From Candidatus Woesearchaeota archaeon (GTDB lineage Archaea; Nanobdellota; Nanobdellia; Woesearchaeales; UBA11576), in the NCBI GenBank assembly GCA_016929255.1, contig JAFGJH010000041.1:4313-68312 (forward strand): a stretch of 64,000 nucleotides of DNA, in the 5' to 3' direction. Both the position numbers and the translations under genes were made by a program. This document shows, in pieces, positions 36,056 through 44,381 of the stretch (its first letter is position 1; every line of letters starts with the position of its first letter). The notes below the pieces were generated by a model. It had not been told where the DNA came from. It did not search any database and saw only the letters and a program-made list of their open reading frames with translations.

Positions 36056-36388
36056 GTTCTTAAAGGTATTACCAGTATATACAAGTAATAATATAAAACC
36101 ACGCCAAATGATTTTTTATCAGAAAGAGAAATGCCATGGGTGTTACCGGTGTGCAGAGCAAAAAAATACTGTGAGGTAATACTTTCCATACAAGTAATAC
36201 TTTGCCGCAAAGACAATCTTCCGCCGAAACATTCATACGGAATTTCAGGAAAGATTTATATCCTCAAAAATCTATATAGCAGAATATAATTACAAAAATT
36301 TCATAAAAGGAGAGATGACGTAAAAAATTCGGTTCCGACGACAGGGGATGGGAGACGACACAGACACCATCGACTTTCACTCCTGATC

Positions 36389-39382
36389 ATGAGGTCCTTA
36401 AAGGGATTTACAAATCAAAGGGAATTCAAAGGGCCTTCACCCCGCCCAAAGGCACCCCCTGAAGATGTTTCTCATATCTTAAGCGCCGGATACTTTCCAT
36501 TCCTCAAGAGATACAGCACAAAAGAGAGCTTCGGTGAGAAGAACCGCTACCAGAAGATAAAGATAACCTCGGTGGACCGCTTCGAGGAGTGCATAACAGG
36601 CATACGCGAAAGAATCACGGCTTCGCGCACCGGAACAGGAAGCAGCACAAAAGGCCTGCTCTTCTGCGGCCCTGTCGACGGAGTGGACGAGGTCCTAAGC
36701 GCATATGCCAGCATATGCTCAAATGAAGACACTGCATACGCCATATTCTTTGACATAAACCCATATAAGATAGACTACTTCACCTTCAGGCTCTTCCTGA
36801 CACGCATATCAGAGACAAGGGAAGAGTACTTCAGGAACCTATTTTTCTACCTGCAGGGGGACAAGGCAATGCCTGCCATGCAAATACTCGAAAAAGCCGC
36901 AAGAAACACGGTGACAAAGGAGCTGCACGCGGACTACCTCATACACCTGACAAAACAAAGGCTACAGGACAGGGCGCAGCTTCTTAGGCCATACATAAAG
37001 AAGGGCATAGAGCTCCTGAACATCGTCAGAGAAGGGAGAACGCACTACAAAAGCCTCGCAAAGAGGCTTGCCCAGAACATCAATCTCAATCCTTCCACGC
37101 ACTGGCTCTCCGACGAGAGACACTACCAGGCAGTGCGCGAGGCAAGCGTGAGCGAGAGGATAAAGGCAGTACAGGCAGATCTTAACAGGGGAGGCAAGAA
37201 AGAGATACTCAGGATAATAAAAGAGACGGGTCTCAGGCCAGCGCTGCTGTACATACCCAAGGGCAAGAAGAAGTTCTCAGGAAGCGGGGAGCTCGTCGAG
37301 ACATTCGAGACATGCGTAGACACTTTACCCCCGCAGAGCAAGAAAGAGAAGCACAGGGTATGGAACATCATGGAGCCAGAACGCTTCTTCTCGACTCCTC
37401 AGTTCCAGCACCAGGGCGAGCTCTCAGGCAAGCAGCTCATGCTCCTCACAGAGGACTACAAGCAGAGGACCAGCATAACAAGGAAATTTGACGAGAGATG
37501 CAGCATAATGCTCCTCGGAGACGTGCCTTTCGGAAGGCTCTACCTTGATGACAGGTCAAGGAAGTTCATCGACAAGATACAGGAATACGCCAACAGGTAC
37601 GATGTGAAGCACATAGCGCTCTGCGGCGACATCATCGACGGCGAGCACACCCGGGAGAAGAGGAAGCTCGCACTGCTCCAGTACCTGTCAGACGAGCCCC
37701 AGCCCTCAATAGAGCAGCAGTGCAGGCTCGCGGCAGATTTCATATCAGGGTTCAAAGGCAATGTCTACTCAGTCACTTCCGACGGCGACTGGGACATAAT
37801 AGAGGAGAAGCAGAGAGAGCTCATAAACCAGAAGGAATTCCAGTACAAGATAGAGAAGAACACAGGCCACATACCTGACGACGTCAGGAAAAGCCTCAGG
37901 GTCGAGGCGATATTCGAGGCGGCAAAGGAATACTATGACTATGTCGAGCGTCAGATAAAGCTGTCCGAGAAGATAGGAGACTCGCTGCACCTGAACTTTG
38001 ACACGGCCAGCGTCAGGCTTTCGCACATGAGCATAGGCCAGTATTTCAGGAGGAGCCTCTCAAAGTCCGTCGGGGTGAAGGAGCAGCAGATAATAAACCA
38101 GCTTCTGGCCCTGCACGACAGCGAAGAGCAGAAAGACATTGAGGTCAAGGTCAGCTCGCACGACAACGTGCTCCAGGCCAGCATGGAGACTGAAAACACG
38201 CTAAACATCAGGGTGCCGTCGCTCGAGTCACCGACACAGTACGATTCCATACCTGTACAGATAAGGAGCGCGGTCCAGGACACTATGCACAAAGCACTTT
38301 CTGTCAGGGGAAAGATGCCCTTCCTATCATCGTGCAAAGTAGAGGTCACGGACGACGCACGAATACTCATAACAGTCATAAACGAGAAGCTGCTCAACAT
38401 GCTGGAGCAGCACAAGAGCCTGCCTGCAGAGGAATATATCATATTCAGCCTCACAGACACGCACGTAGGGTCAATAGCGAACAGGCATGACTACCTCATA
38501 AAATACATGGACTATGCCAAGAGCCTGGCGCAGAAGCTCCAGGAGAAGCAAGGCATAAGGAAGGTTGGCAGGATAGCCATTCTCAACGGCGACCTCGTCG
38601 AAGGAATAAACTACCCTACAGCGATGATGAGGAACGCTCCCACAAGGCTGGTCATACCGCAGACCCAGGTAAGCTGCGCACTGGAGCTCATGAAGCCGTT
38701 CTTCTTCACAGAAAAAGAAGGCCAGCTCAAGATAGACAAAGACATAGAACACATCTTGCTGACGCACGGAAACCACGAGTACAACTCAGGGTTCATACAC
38801 AGCGGCATGATGGCAACCCAGACAGTACTCCAGTACTTCAAGGCGCACATGGAACGCGAGTATGGCCCTGAAGAGGTCAAAAGAAGGCTGATGTACAGCC
38901 TCTACGTCAGCGTAGACCGCAACAAAACACTTTTCACTTCGATAGGCGCGTTCTCAAAGCTCGGCCTGAACGTCCACATGATGCACTCATACGGCGGAAG
39001 GCCGAACATGGCAAACGCCACGCCGCCCCAGGAAAGGTGGGTAACGAAGATGGGAAGCCTCGCAAAGCCATGGGACATACTCATCCAGGGCCACTACCAC
39101 CAGTTCTCGCTCGGCGAAGTGGCAGGAAAGGTCCTTCTTACATTCCCATCTTTCACAGAGGTCTCGGACTTCGAGTATGAACGGGGGCTGGACTCGCCGA
39201 TGTGCGGGGTCCTGCTCCACCTGTCATCGAAATACGGCCTTGTCATAGAGATACTGACAAGGAGATTCCTGGACAGCTACAAGTGCCAGCACCCGATGTT
39301 CAGAAACATAAGCGTCAAGAGATTCTACGAGCAATGCGTCGAGAAGGCGCTCGAGCCGGCGGACCTGACAGGGTTCAGGTAG
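36389..39382 (+). CDS. 997-aa orphan protein: unknown N-terminal region + degenerate metallophosphoesterase-like module + intact calcineurin/Mre11-type metallophosphoesterase module
   Basis: Intact motifs: DTH (aa 690-692), GDLVEG (733-738), GNHE (794-797), HMMH (863-866), GHYH (901-904). The upstream module keeps GDIIDGEH (413-420) but has DVP and DGDWD where DxH and GNHD/E are expected. Confidence 0.75.
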   Translation: MRSLKGFTNQREFKGPSPRPKAPPEDVSHILSAGYFPFLKRYSTKESFGEKNRYQKIKITSVDRFEECITGIRERITASRTGTGSSTKGLLFCGPVDGVDEVLSAYASICSNEDTAYAIFFDINPYKIDYFTFRLFLTRISETREEYFRNLFFYLQGDKAMPAMQILEKAARNTVTKELHADYLIHLTKQRLQDRAQLLRPYIKKGIELLNIVREGRTHYKSLAKRLAQNINLNPSTHWLSDERHYQAVREASVSERIKAVQADLNRGGKKEILRIIKETGLRPALLYIPKGKKKFSGSGELVETFETCVDTLPPQSKKEKHRVWNIMEPERFFSTPQFQHQGELSGKQLMLLTEDYKQRTSITRKFDERCSIMLLGDVPFGRLYLDDRSRKFIDKIQEYANRYDVKHIALCGDIIDGEHTREKRKLALLQYLSDEPQPSIEQQCRLAADFISGFKGNVYSVTSDGDWDIIEEKQRELINQKEFQYKIEKNTGHIPDDVRKSLRVEAIFEAAKEYYDYVERQIKLSEKIGDSLHLNFDTASVRLSHMSIGQYFRRSLSKSVGVKEQQIINQLLALHDSEEQKDIEVKVSSHDNVLQASMETENTLNIRVPSLESPTQYDSIPVQIRSAVQDTMHKALSVRGKMPFLSSCKVEVTDDARILITVINEKLLNMLEQHKSLPAEEYIIFSLTDTHVGSIANRHDYLIKYMDYAKSLAQKLQEKQGIRKVGRIAILNGDLVEGINYPTAMMRNAPTRLVIPQTQVSCALELMKPFFFTEKEGQLKIDKDIEHILLTHGNHEYNSGFIHSGMMATQTVLQYFKAHMEREYGPEEVKRRLMYSLYVSVDRNKTLFTSIGAFSKLGLNVHMMHSYGGRPNMANATPPQERWVTKMGSLAKPWDILIQGHYHQFSLGEVAGKVLLTFPSFTEVSDFEYERGLDSPMCGVLLHLSSKYGLVIEILTRRFLDSYKCQHPMFRNISVKRFYEQCVEKALEPADLTGFR

Positions 39383-39408
39383 GGAACTGTCCGGAATAAA
39401 ATACAAAA

Positions 39409-40269
39409 TCATTCATTGTAGACCGTTATGAAAGTCTCGGCAACAGGAGACTCGCCGACAAAATCATAGGTGTCTGGAGGCACATACCTTGCAGTGACCT
39501 TGTGTGCATAGGACCCTTTCGGCAGGTTGCCCGGAAGATTCATTGTAATAGGTATTATCTTCTCAGGCACGTCTGGAGTCATGTGGACGAGAGAGCCCTG
39601 CCAGCTGAAACTGCTGCTCAGAGGCCCATCCAGGTAGAGAAGGACAGTATAGTCAGCATGCTGCCTGTTGGTCAGCTTCAGCTCGATGACCCTCGCAGGC
39701 TCAGAACTGTAGTCTATAGGCACGACGAGCGGCTCGAGTTCAAAGTCAATGATCCTGCCGTACACGTACTTGATGCCGCTTATGTTGATCCAAGTGTTGT
39801 CAAGCTCAAAGATGAGGGTGTTATCGCCGCCAAGGCCCCCGACATGGCAGGTATCATAGCACATGTCACTGAAAGCAATGCCTTCTGATGCATCACCCTC
39901 AAAATAATATGCAAGATACTTCCTGTCTTTACCTTTGAGGAAGACAGCAGCCTTGCCATCGCCATAGACTGTTCCTGAAAGCATCAACGAATTTATGCTG
40001 TCAAGGTCTGTCTTTATCCTGACCTCTCCGGGCTCAAAGACCGCGAAGCTGCCTGGCTCTGCGCTGACTACAGACTCGCTGAACGTCACAAAACCGGTGG
40101 CGTCCGGCCCAAGATAGAAAAGCGCAGCAACACAAGCCACTGCCATGGCAAAAACAAGGAAATAGCCTGCGAAAGTAGAAACTCCACTGCCGCCCGCAGA
40201 GCCCGAAATAGAATCAATCTTCCTGTTTATCCTCTTCAACTCTTCCAAAGCGGCTTTCTCTTGCTTCAT
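39409..40269 (-). CDS. type-II membrane protein with beta-rich ectodomain, function unknown
   Basis: 286-aa ORF with a short N-terminal helix, one TM segment (FAGYFLVFAMAVACVAALFYL), then a ~220-aa non-hydrophobic domain. Confidence 0.65.
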   Translation of the reverse strand: MKQEKAALEELKRINRKIDSISGSAGGSGVSTFAGYFLVFAMAVACVAALFYLGPDATGFVTFSESVVSAEPGSFAVFEPGEVRIKTDLDSINSLMLSGTVYGDGKAAVFLKGKDRKYLAYYFEGDASEGIAFSDMCYDTCHVGGLGGDNTLIFELDNTWINISGIKYVYGRIIDFELEPLVVPIDYSSEPARVIELKLTNRQHADYTVLLYLDGPLSSSFSWQGSLVHMTPDVPEKIIPITMNLPGNLPKGSYAHKVTARYVPPDTYDFVGESPVAETFITVYNE

Positions 40270-40333
40270 ATTCCCTCTTTTAAGGAGTGGCTATGGTCTC
40301 AAAAGTATATAAAGTTTGTTGTTGGTTGTGTCA

Positions 40334-40482
40334 GCAAAAAGTGTCGCCTGCGGTGGGTGCCGCCAGTTCGCTCTTAATGATATTTGGTGAAACCCTGCCT
40401 CCCCCTGCAAGGGACATCCCCCTTGCCTGTGCGCATCATCACCTAAATGAGCCCGCAGATTGGCGGCACCACCGCTTTTTGC
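40334..40482. repeat. 149-bp element with long terminal inverted repeats (rod-like hairpin)
   Basis: All 22 nt of the right arm TGGCGGCACCACCGCTTTTTGC (40461-40482) pair with the left arm 40334-40365 if bulges of 9 nt and 1 nt are allowed. Inner stem ATTTGGTGA / TCACCTAAAT. TATATAAA (40306-40313) lies ~26 nt upstream of the element start. Confidence 0.8.
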
Positions 40483-40551
40483 CAAGCCTGTTTGTGCAAT
40501 AGACAAAAATTTAAATATGCAGTAAGCAACATGAGTGTAAAGAGGTGCAAC

Positions 40552-41013
40552 ATGGGCCTTCCGAAAACAACAGCATATCTTGTCGAGTGGTTCGTAAGAT
40601 ACACCAAGAACCGCGACCTGCTGTTCAGGAAGATATCAGAGATCAAGGAAGAGGACGACAAGGTCCTTGTCAAGCAGAAGGACGGCAAGACACTTCTTTA
40701 CTATATCCAACCATTCCCCTGCGAGTTCGCAAAGCTGGCAGAGTCAATCCAGCAAGACCAGAAAGGCCTGGTGGTCTACAACTCAAGGGAAAACTTCGAA
40801 AACATGATGAAGGAATGGAAAAGCCTGACAGAAATAAGAGGCCTGACAATATACTTCGTGAACCCGTTCTCAAAGCTCGAAAAGAGATGGATAATAAGCC
40901 CCAACATACACAGCAAGATATCAGACGCACAGTCCCTGAAGGAGGGGCTGAATTCCATGTACCTGATGGTCGACCCGATATCAAAGGAAGAGGTCGAAGA
41001 ACTCACCAAATGA
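40552..41013 (+). CDS. hypothetical cytoplasmic protein
   Basis: ORF 40447-41013 starts inside repeat D. TTTAAATA at 40510-40517 predicts a transcription start near 40540, so the first usable ATG is 40552 (MGLPKTTAYLVEWF...); the alternative is 40531. I recognise no motif. Confidence 0.55.
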   Translation: MGLPKTTAYLVEWFVRYTKNRDLLFRKISEIKEEDDKVLVKQKDGKTLLYYIQPFPCEFAKLAESIQQDQKGLVVYNSRENFENMMKEWKSLTEIRGLTIYFVNPFSKLEKRWIISPNIHSKISDAQSLKEGLNSMYLMVDPISKEEVEELTK

Positions 41014-41026
41014 ATTCTTGATAAGA

Positions 41027-41262
41027 GCGCCCCGCACCAGGTTTAGAGAGGCAGCTGCCACGTTGCTAGTGATGCTTTGCCGGCAAGCAGAAGACTTGCG
41101 CACCACTAGAGGCTACGCCTTTCGCATACTGCTGGACAAGTACCTGTCTCCGCCCAGTCATCCAACCGACGTGTCAGAAACCCAAATGTTTCTGAGCATG
41201 CTCAGAAATGCTGAGCATTTCTGACACAAAGAGCGGCGGCAGCCGCCACGCACGCGCGGCGG
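41027..41262. repeat. GC-rich mosaic element sharing a ~120-bp module with 48543-48663, plus a cluster of alternating TCAGAAA/TTTCTGA inverted repeats
   Basis: Shared strings with element G: GCCACG.TGCTA, TTTGCCGGCAAG, AGAGGCT, GCATAC, ATCCAACCG. Perfect 20-bp palindrome TTTCTGAGCATGCTCAGAAA (41189-41208). Terminal motif AAAGAGCGGCGGCAGCCGCCACGC (41228-41251). Confidence 0.8.
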
Positions 41263-41268
41263 AGCTAA

Positions 41269-41820
41269 TCACCACTTCGACTTGTTAATGCCCAGATAGA
41301 ATCCTATATGGTTGGTCAGGATGTGCAGTATCGGCACGACAACCAGCAGGAAAAGCATGACTTTCCAGGAAGGGATGTACACTAACGCCAGGAACAACAG
41401 CGCACCCACAACAAAATCAAGCTGGTCAAAAGGTATCCAAGGCTTTCCAGGCTTCACACCGACCCTGCGCTTGAAGAAACTCTTGACCAGGTCACCGAAC
41501 AGGGCGCCGAAGCCCAAAAGCATGCCAAGAATCACGAAATTGTGCGCAGAATAGTCGATAAGGCTCGCCTGCCTAAGCCACCCAGATGAAGAGAAAAGCA
41601 CGGACTGCACGTATGCGATGATGATTGCGGCAGTTATTCCGAAGAAAAGTCCCCTGTAAGTCTTGTGAGAACCAAACAGCGGCTTCCCTTTCCACCTGGC
41701 ACCCAAGTCCACAGGATAGCCGAGAAAATTGACCTTCCTGAAGAGCGGCGGGACAAGGTTAGCCAGAAGCGCGGGCAAAAGCATGTACAAAGACTGAAAA
41801 GCTAAAAAAAGGAAGCCCAC
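41269..41820 (-). CDS. carS: CDP-archaeol synthase
   Basis: 183-aa polytopic membrane ORF (GTG 41820; ATG 41784) with LLPALLANL, KTYRG, and GDLVKSFFKRRVGVKPGKPWIPFDQLDF, which fits the CarS (DUF46) signature. Confidence 0.8.
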   Translation of the reverse strand: MGFLFLAFQSLYMLLPALLANLVPPLFRKVNFLGYPVDLGARWKGKPLFGSHKTYRGLFFGITAAIIIAYVQSVLFSSSGWLRQASLIDYSAHNFVILGMLLGFGALFGDLVKSFFKRRVGVKPGKPWIPFDQLDFVVGALLFLALVYIPSWKVMLFLLVVVPILHILTNHIGFYLGINKSKW

Positions 41821-41828
41821 TTTGCCAC

Positions 41829-42356
41829 CTATATGAACTTCTTTATGCGGAACGCGCTTATCATGAGTATGGCTGCGACAAGGAATATGAACGGGTACCA
41901 GCTGGTCAGGCCGAAAAAGTAGAACAGCGGAACAACCACACCATTCAGGGTTATGGGCATGCCCTCAAAATAATGCAGCTCCTTGACATTGAACCTCGCA
42001 AGCCTCAGCGCGCCAGCAGCGAGGAACACCATGTAGATAATGGCCGCGAATATCCAGCCCTCACCGATGTCCTTGGTGGTCTGGAAGGCGAACACCACAG
42101 GCGCGACGCCGAAAGACACGATGTCGCACAACGAGTCCAGCTCCTTTCCGATGACCGTGACCTTATCCATATAGCGGGCAATCCTGCCGTCTATGAAATC
42201 AAAGAAAACAGCCGCCAGCATAAACACCGCGGCAAGCTTCAGTTCGCCGGATATCGCGAACAGCACGCTGATCATGCCACAAAGAATATTCATCAATGTC
42301 AATACATGAGGAAACTCAATCAGACGGAACATGCTAAAATTCTCTTTGATGTTCAT
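41829..42356 (-). CDS. pssA: CDP-alcohol phosphatidyltransferase, archaetidylserine synthase-like
   Basis: Exact CDP-OH_P_transf motif DFIDGRIARYMDKVTVIGKELDSLCDIVSFGVAP. ATG 42356 (TTG 42362 in the ORF track) lies within 3 nt of the psd stop. Confidence 0.8.
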   Translation of the reverse strand: MNIKENFSMFRLIEFPHVLTLMNILCGMISVLFAISGELKLAAVFMLAAVFFDFIDGRIARYMDKVTVIGKELDSLCDIVSFGVAPVVFAFQTTKDIGEGWIFAAIIYMVFLAAGALRLARFNVKELHYFEGMPITLNGVVVPLFYFFGLTSWYPFIFLVAAILMISAFRIKKFI

Positions 42357-42358
42357 AT

Positions 42359-43006
42359 TCAAAACCTCGCAACCGCAGTTTCACCATCAACCACCTTCTG
42401 GCCCTCACTGACCAGCACCTTGACGTCCGGAATCACAAGTATCACCTGAGACCCAAGGCATATGAGACCAAGCTCGCCCCCTTTATGTATTTTTTGCTTG
42501 GGCCTGACAAAACACCTTATCCTGCGGGCCATGAAGCCGGCCACCTGCACCACCTTGAGCTTGCCAACCCTCCTGTGGCGAAGCAATATCTCATTACGCT
42601 CGTTAACCAAAGCCCTCAAAGATGCTGCATCCTTGACCGCGTTCAGGAACCTGCCCCTTGTATAAGAGACCTTTTCAACGACACAGTCGGCAGGAGCTCG
42701 CTGGAAATGGACATCGAAAGGAGTCATCATGATGACAATCACATAACCTCTCTTGATGGTATCCCTGACAAGCAGATCAATCTTCCCCAACAGACCTTTG
42801 CTAATCCCCGCTGATGCTACACCATCACCAATACTTATTATCCTGACCACCTTTCCGGAGGCAGGGGATACAAGCACATCACCTGCAGGGACATCGCGTC
42901 GAGGCTTACGCAGGAAATAGAACCTGTAGAAGACAGAAAGCAGGGCTATCGCTGCCAACACCACGACAAGAGCAATCAAAACCACAACTGATATTTCCGA
43001 AGCCAT
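42359..43006 (-). CDS. psd: phosphatidyl-/archaetidylserine decarboxylase proenzyme-like
   Basis: 215-aa ORF with an N-terminal TM anchor and a C-terminal CLGSQV resembling the LGST self-cleavage site of short Psd/Asd proteins. Confidence 0.7.
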   Translation of the reverse strand: MASEISVVVLIALVVVLAAIALLSVFYRFYFLRKPRRDVPAGDVLVSPASGKVVRIISIGDGVASAGISKGLLGKIDLLVRDTIKRGYVIVIMMTPFDVHFQRAPADCVVEKVSYTRGRFLNAVKDAASLRALVNERNEILLRHRRVGKLKVVQVAGFMARRIRCFVRPKQKIHKGGELGLICLGSQVILVIPDVKVLVSEGQKVVDGETAVARF

Positions 43007-43007
43007 T

Positions 43008-43451
43008 TTAAGGATAGTAAAAAGCGAAGTGCAAAATCACCGTAACGGCGATCCCCACAATGACACCGACAACAGCCTGCACAGGAGTATGTCCTGTTAT
43101 CTTGAGCAGTTCAGCGACCCCCAGCCTCTTTGAGCGGATTATCTCATTCACGCTGCGCGCCAAGGTGTCAACAGCATGCCTGACACCAAACGCATCCCTG
43201 ACGACCACCACAGCAAAACCTGCCGCAAGGAAGAATATGGTCGACAGGAAACCCTCAACAAGACCGACGCTGACCGCAAGGGAGCACACGAAAGTCGAGT
43301 GCGAAGAAGGCATGCCGCCTGTAGCGACCAGCGCATACCAGTCCAGCTTCATCTTCCTGAACGACTTGTCGATGAACTTCCATATCTGGCAGATGACGCT
43401 CGCCACTATCACAGACACAACAATCTGGTTGGTCACAATATCCATAAACAT
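43008..43451 (-). CDS. divergent PAP2-family membrane protein (DUF212-type acid phosphatase-related)
   Basis: 147-aa ORF with GGMPSSHS and the four-TM layout typical of the divergent PAP2 family. Confidence 0.7.
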   Translation of the reverse strand: MFMDIVTNQIVVSVIVASVICQIWKFIDKSFRKMKLDWYALVATGGMPSSHSTFVCSLAVSVGLVEGFLSTIFFLAAGFAVVVVRDAFGVRHAVDTLARSVNEIIRSKRLGVAELLKITGHTPVQAVVGVIVGIAVTVILHFAFYYP

Positions 43452-43497
43452 ACCATCACCTCAAATGCAAACCAATAACATCTAAGCCCTGTGCGCC

Positions 43498-44370
43498 TCA
43501 GCATATTATCCTTATCGCCTTAGGGAAAACATTCACTGTCAAGGGAGTCCTGCCGATAGGCTCGGCATCAGTGTGCGCCAGCACGGGTTTCTTTGACTTT
43601 ATCCTTATACGTTTCACCTTGAAATACTCGATGTTCGCGAACTCAGTTAGGGGGATAAATCCCTTTGAGGCGGCACTCACAAAATACTGAAACATGTTTA
43701 TGAGGTCTGTCCGCTTGAATATGCAAACGTCGAGGTAGCCATCGTCAGGCTCTGCGAACTGAGCTATCTGCAGGTTGTTGCCGTAATACTTGACATTGCC
43801 GATGACAACGAAATAGCCCCAGCGCGGAAGCACCTGGTCATCAAGCCAGACCTCCATCTTGCTGGGAACATGAGTAAGCAGTGTCTGCAGAGCGGTCAGA
43901 GGGTACACTCCCCTGCCGAGAAGCTTCTTCAGCACAGGCTTGATGCTCGCAACAGCCTTGGCGTCCATCCCCACGCCTGCAGTCAGTATGAAAAACCTCT
44001 TCTTGGCCTTGCCAAGGTCGAGTGTCCTGCACTTGCCGCGCACTATCACTCTCGCGGCAGCCAGGTAATCCAGAGGAATGCCGAGGCCCTGCGCAAGGCA
44101 GTTCTCAGTGCCTAACGGTATGATGCCCAGCCTTGTCTTGGATCCCGCAAGGCCATTGATGGTCTCGTTGATGGTACCGTCACCGCCGGCGGCAATCACT
44201 GCCGAGTACTTCCTGACAGCAGCCCTTGCCAGGCGCTTAGCGTCAAGAGGCCTTTGCGTCTTCTTAACATCGAGCCTTATGCCCTGCCCCTCAAAGAATC
44301 CTTTGAGTTCATCCTCTATCCTCCTGGCACGCCCCGCGCGCGGGTTCATGATCAAAAGATATCTCCTCAT
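43498..44370 (-). CDS. diacylglycerol-kinase-family lipid kinase (YegS/BmrU-like)
   Basis: RYLLIMNPRAGRAR at the N-terminus (ATG 44370 inside ORF 43498-44403) and the AAGGDGTINETINGL catalytic motif. Confidence 0.8.
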   Translation of the reverse strand: MRRYLLIMNPRAGRARRIEDELKGFFEGQGIRLDVKKTQRPLDAKRLARAAVRKYSAVIAAGGDGTINETINGLAGSKTRLGIIPLGTENCLAQGLGIPLDYLAAARVIVRGKCRTLDLGKAKKRFFILTAGVGMDAKAVASIKPVLKKLLGRGVYPLTALQTLLTHVPSKMEVWLDDQVLPRWGYFVVIGNVKYYGNNLQIAQFAEPDDGYLDVCIFKRTDLINMFQYFVSAASKGFIPLTEFANIEYFKVKRIRIKSKKPVLAHTDAEPIGRTPLTVNVFPKAIRIIC

Positions 44371-44381
44371 CTCCAGCACAC

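Noticed and set aside
40545-41021. 158-aa plus-strand ORF in an alternative frame of gene 40552-41013.
   Set aside because: Its translation is Arg/Gly/Pro/Glu-rich low complexity. The other frame gives a balanced, globular-looking sequence and fits the TATA spacing.
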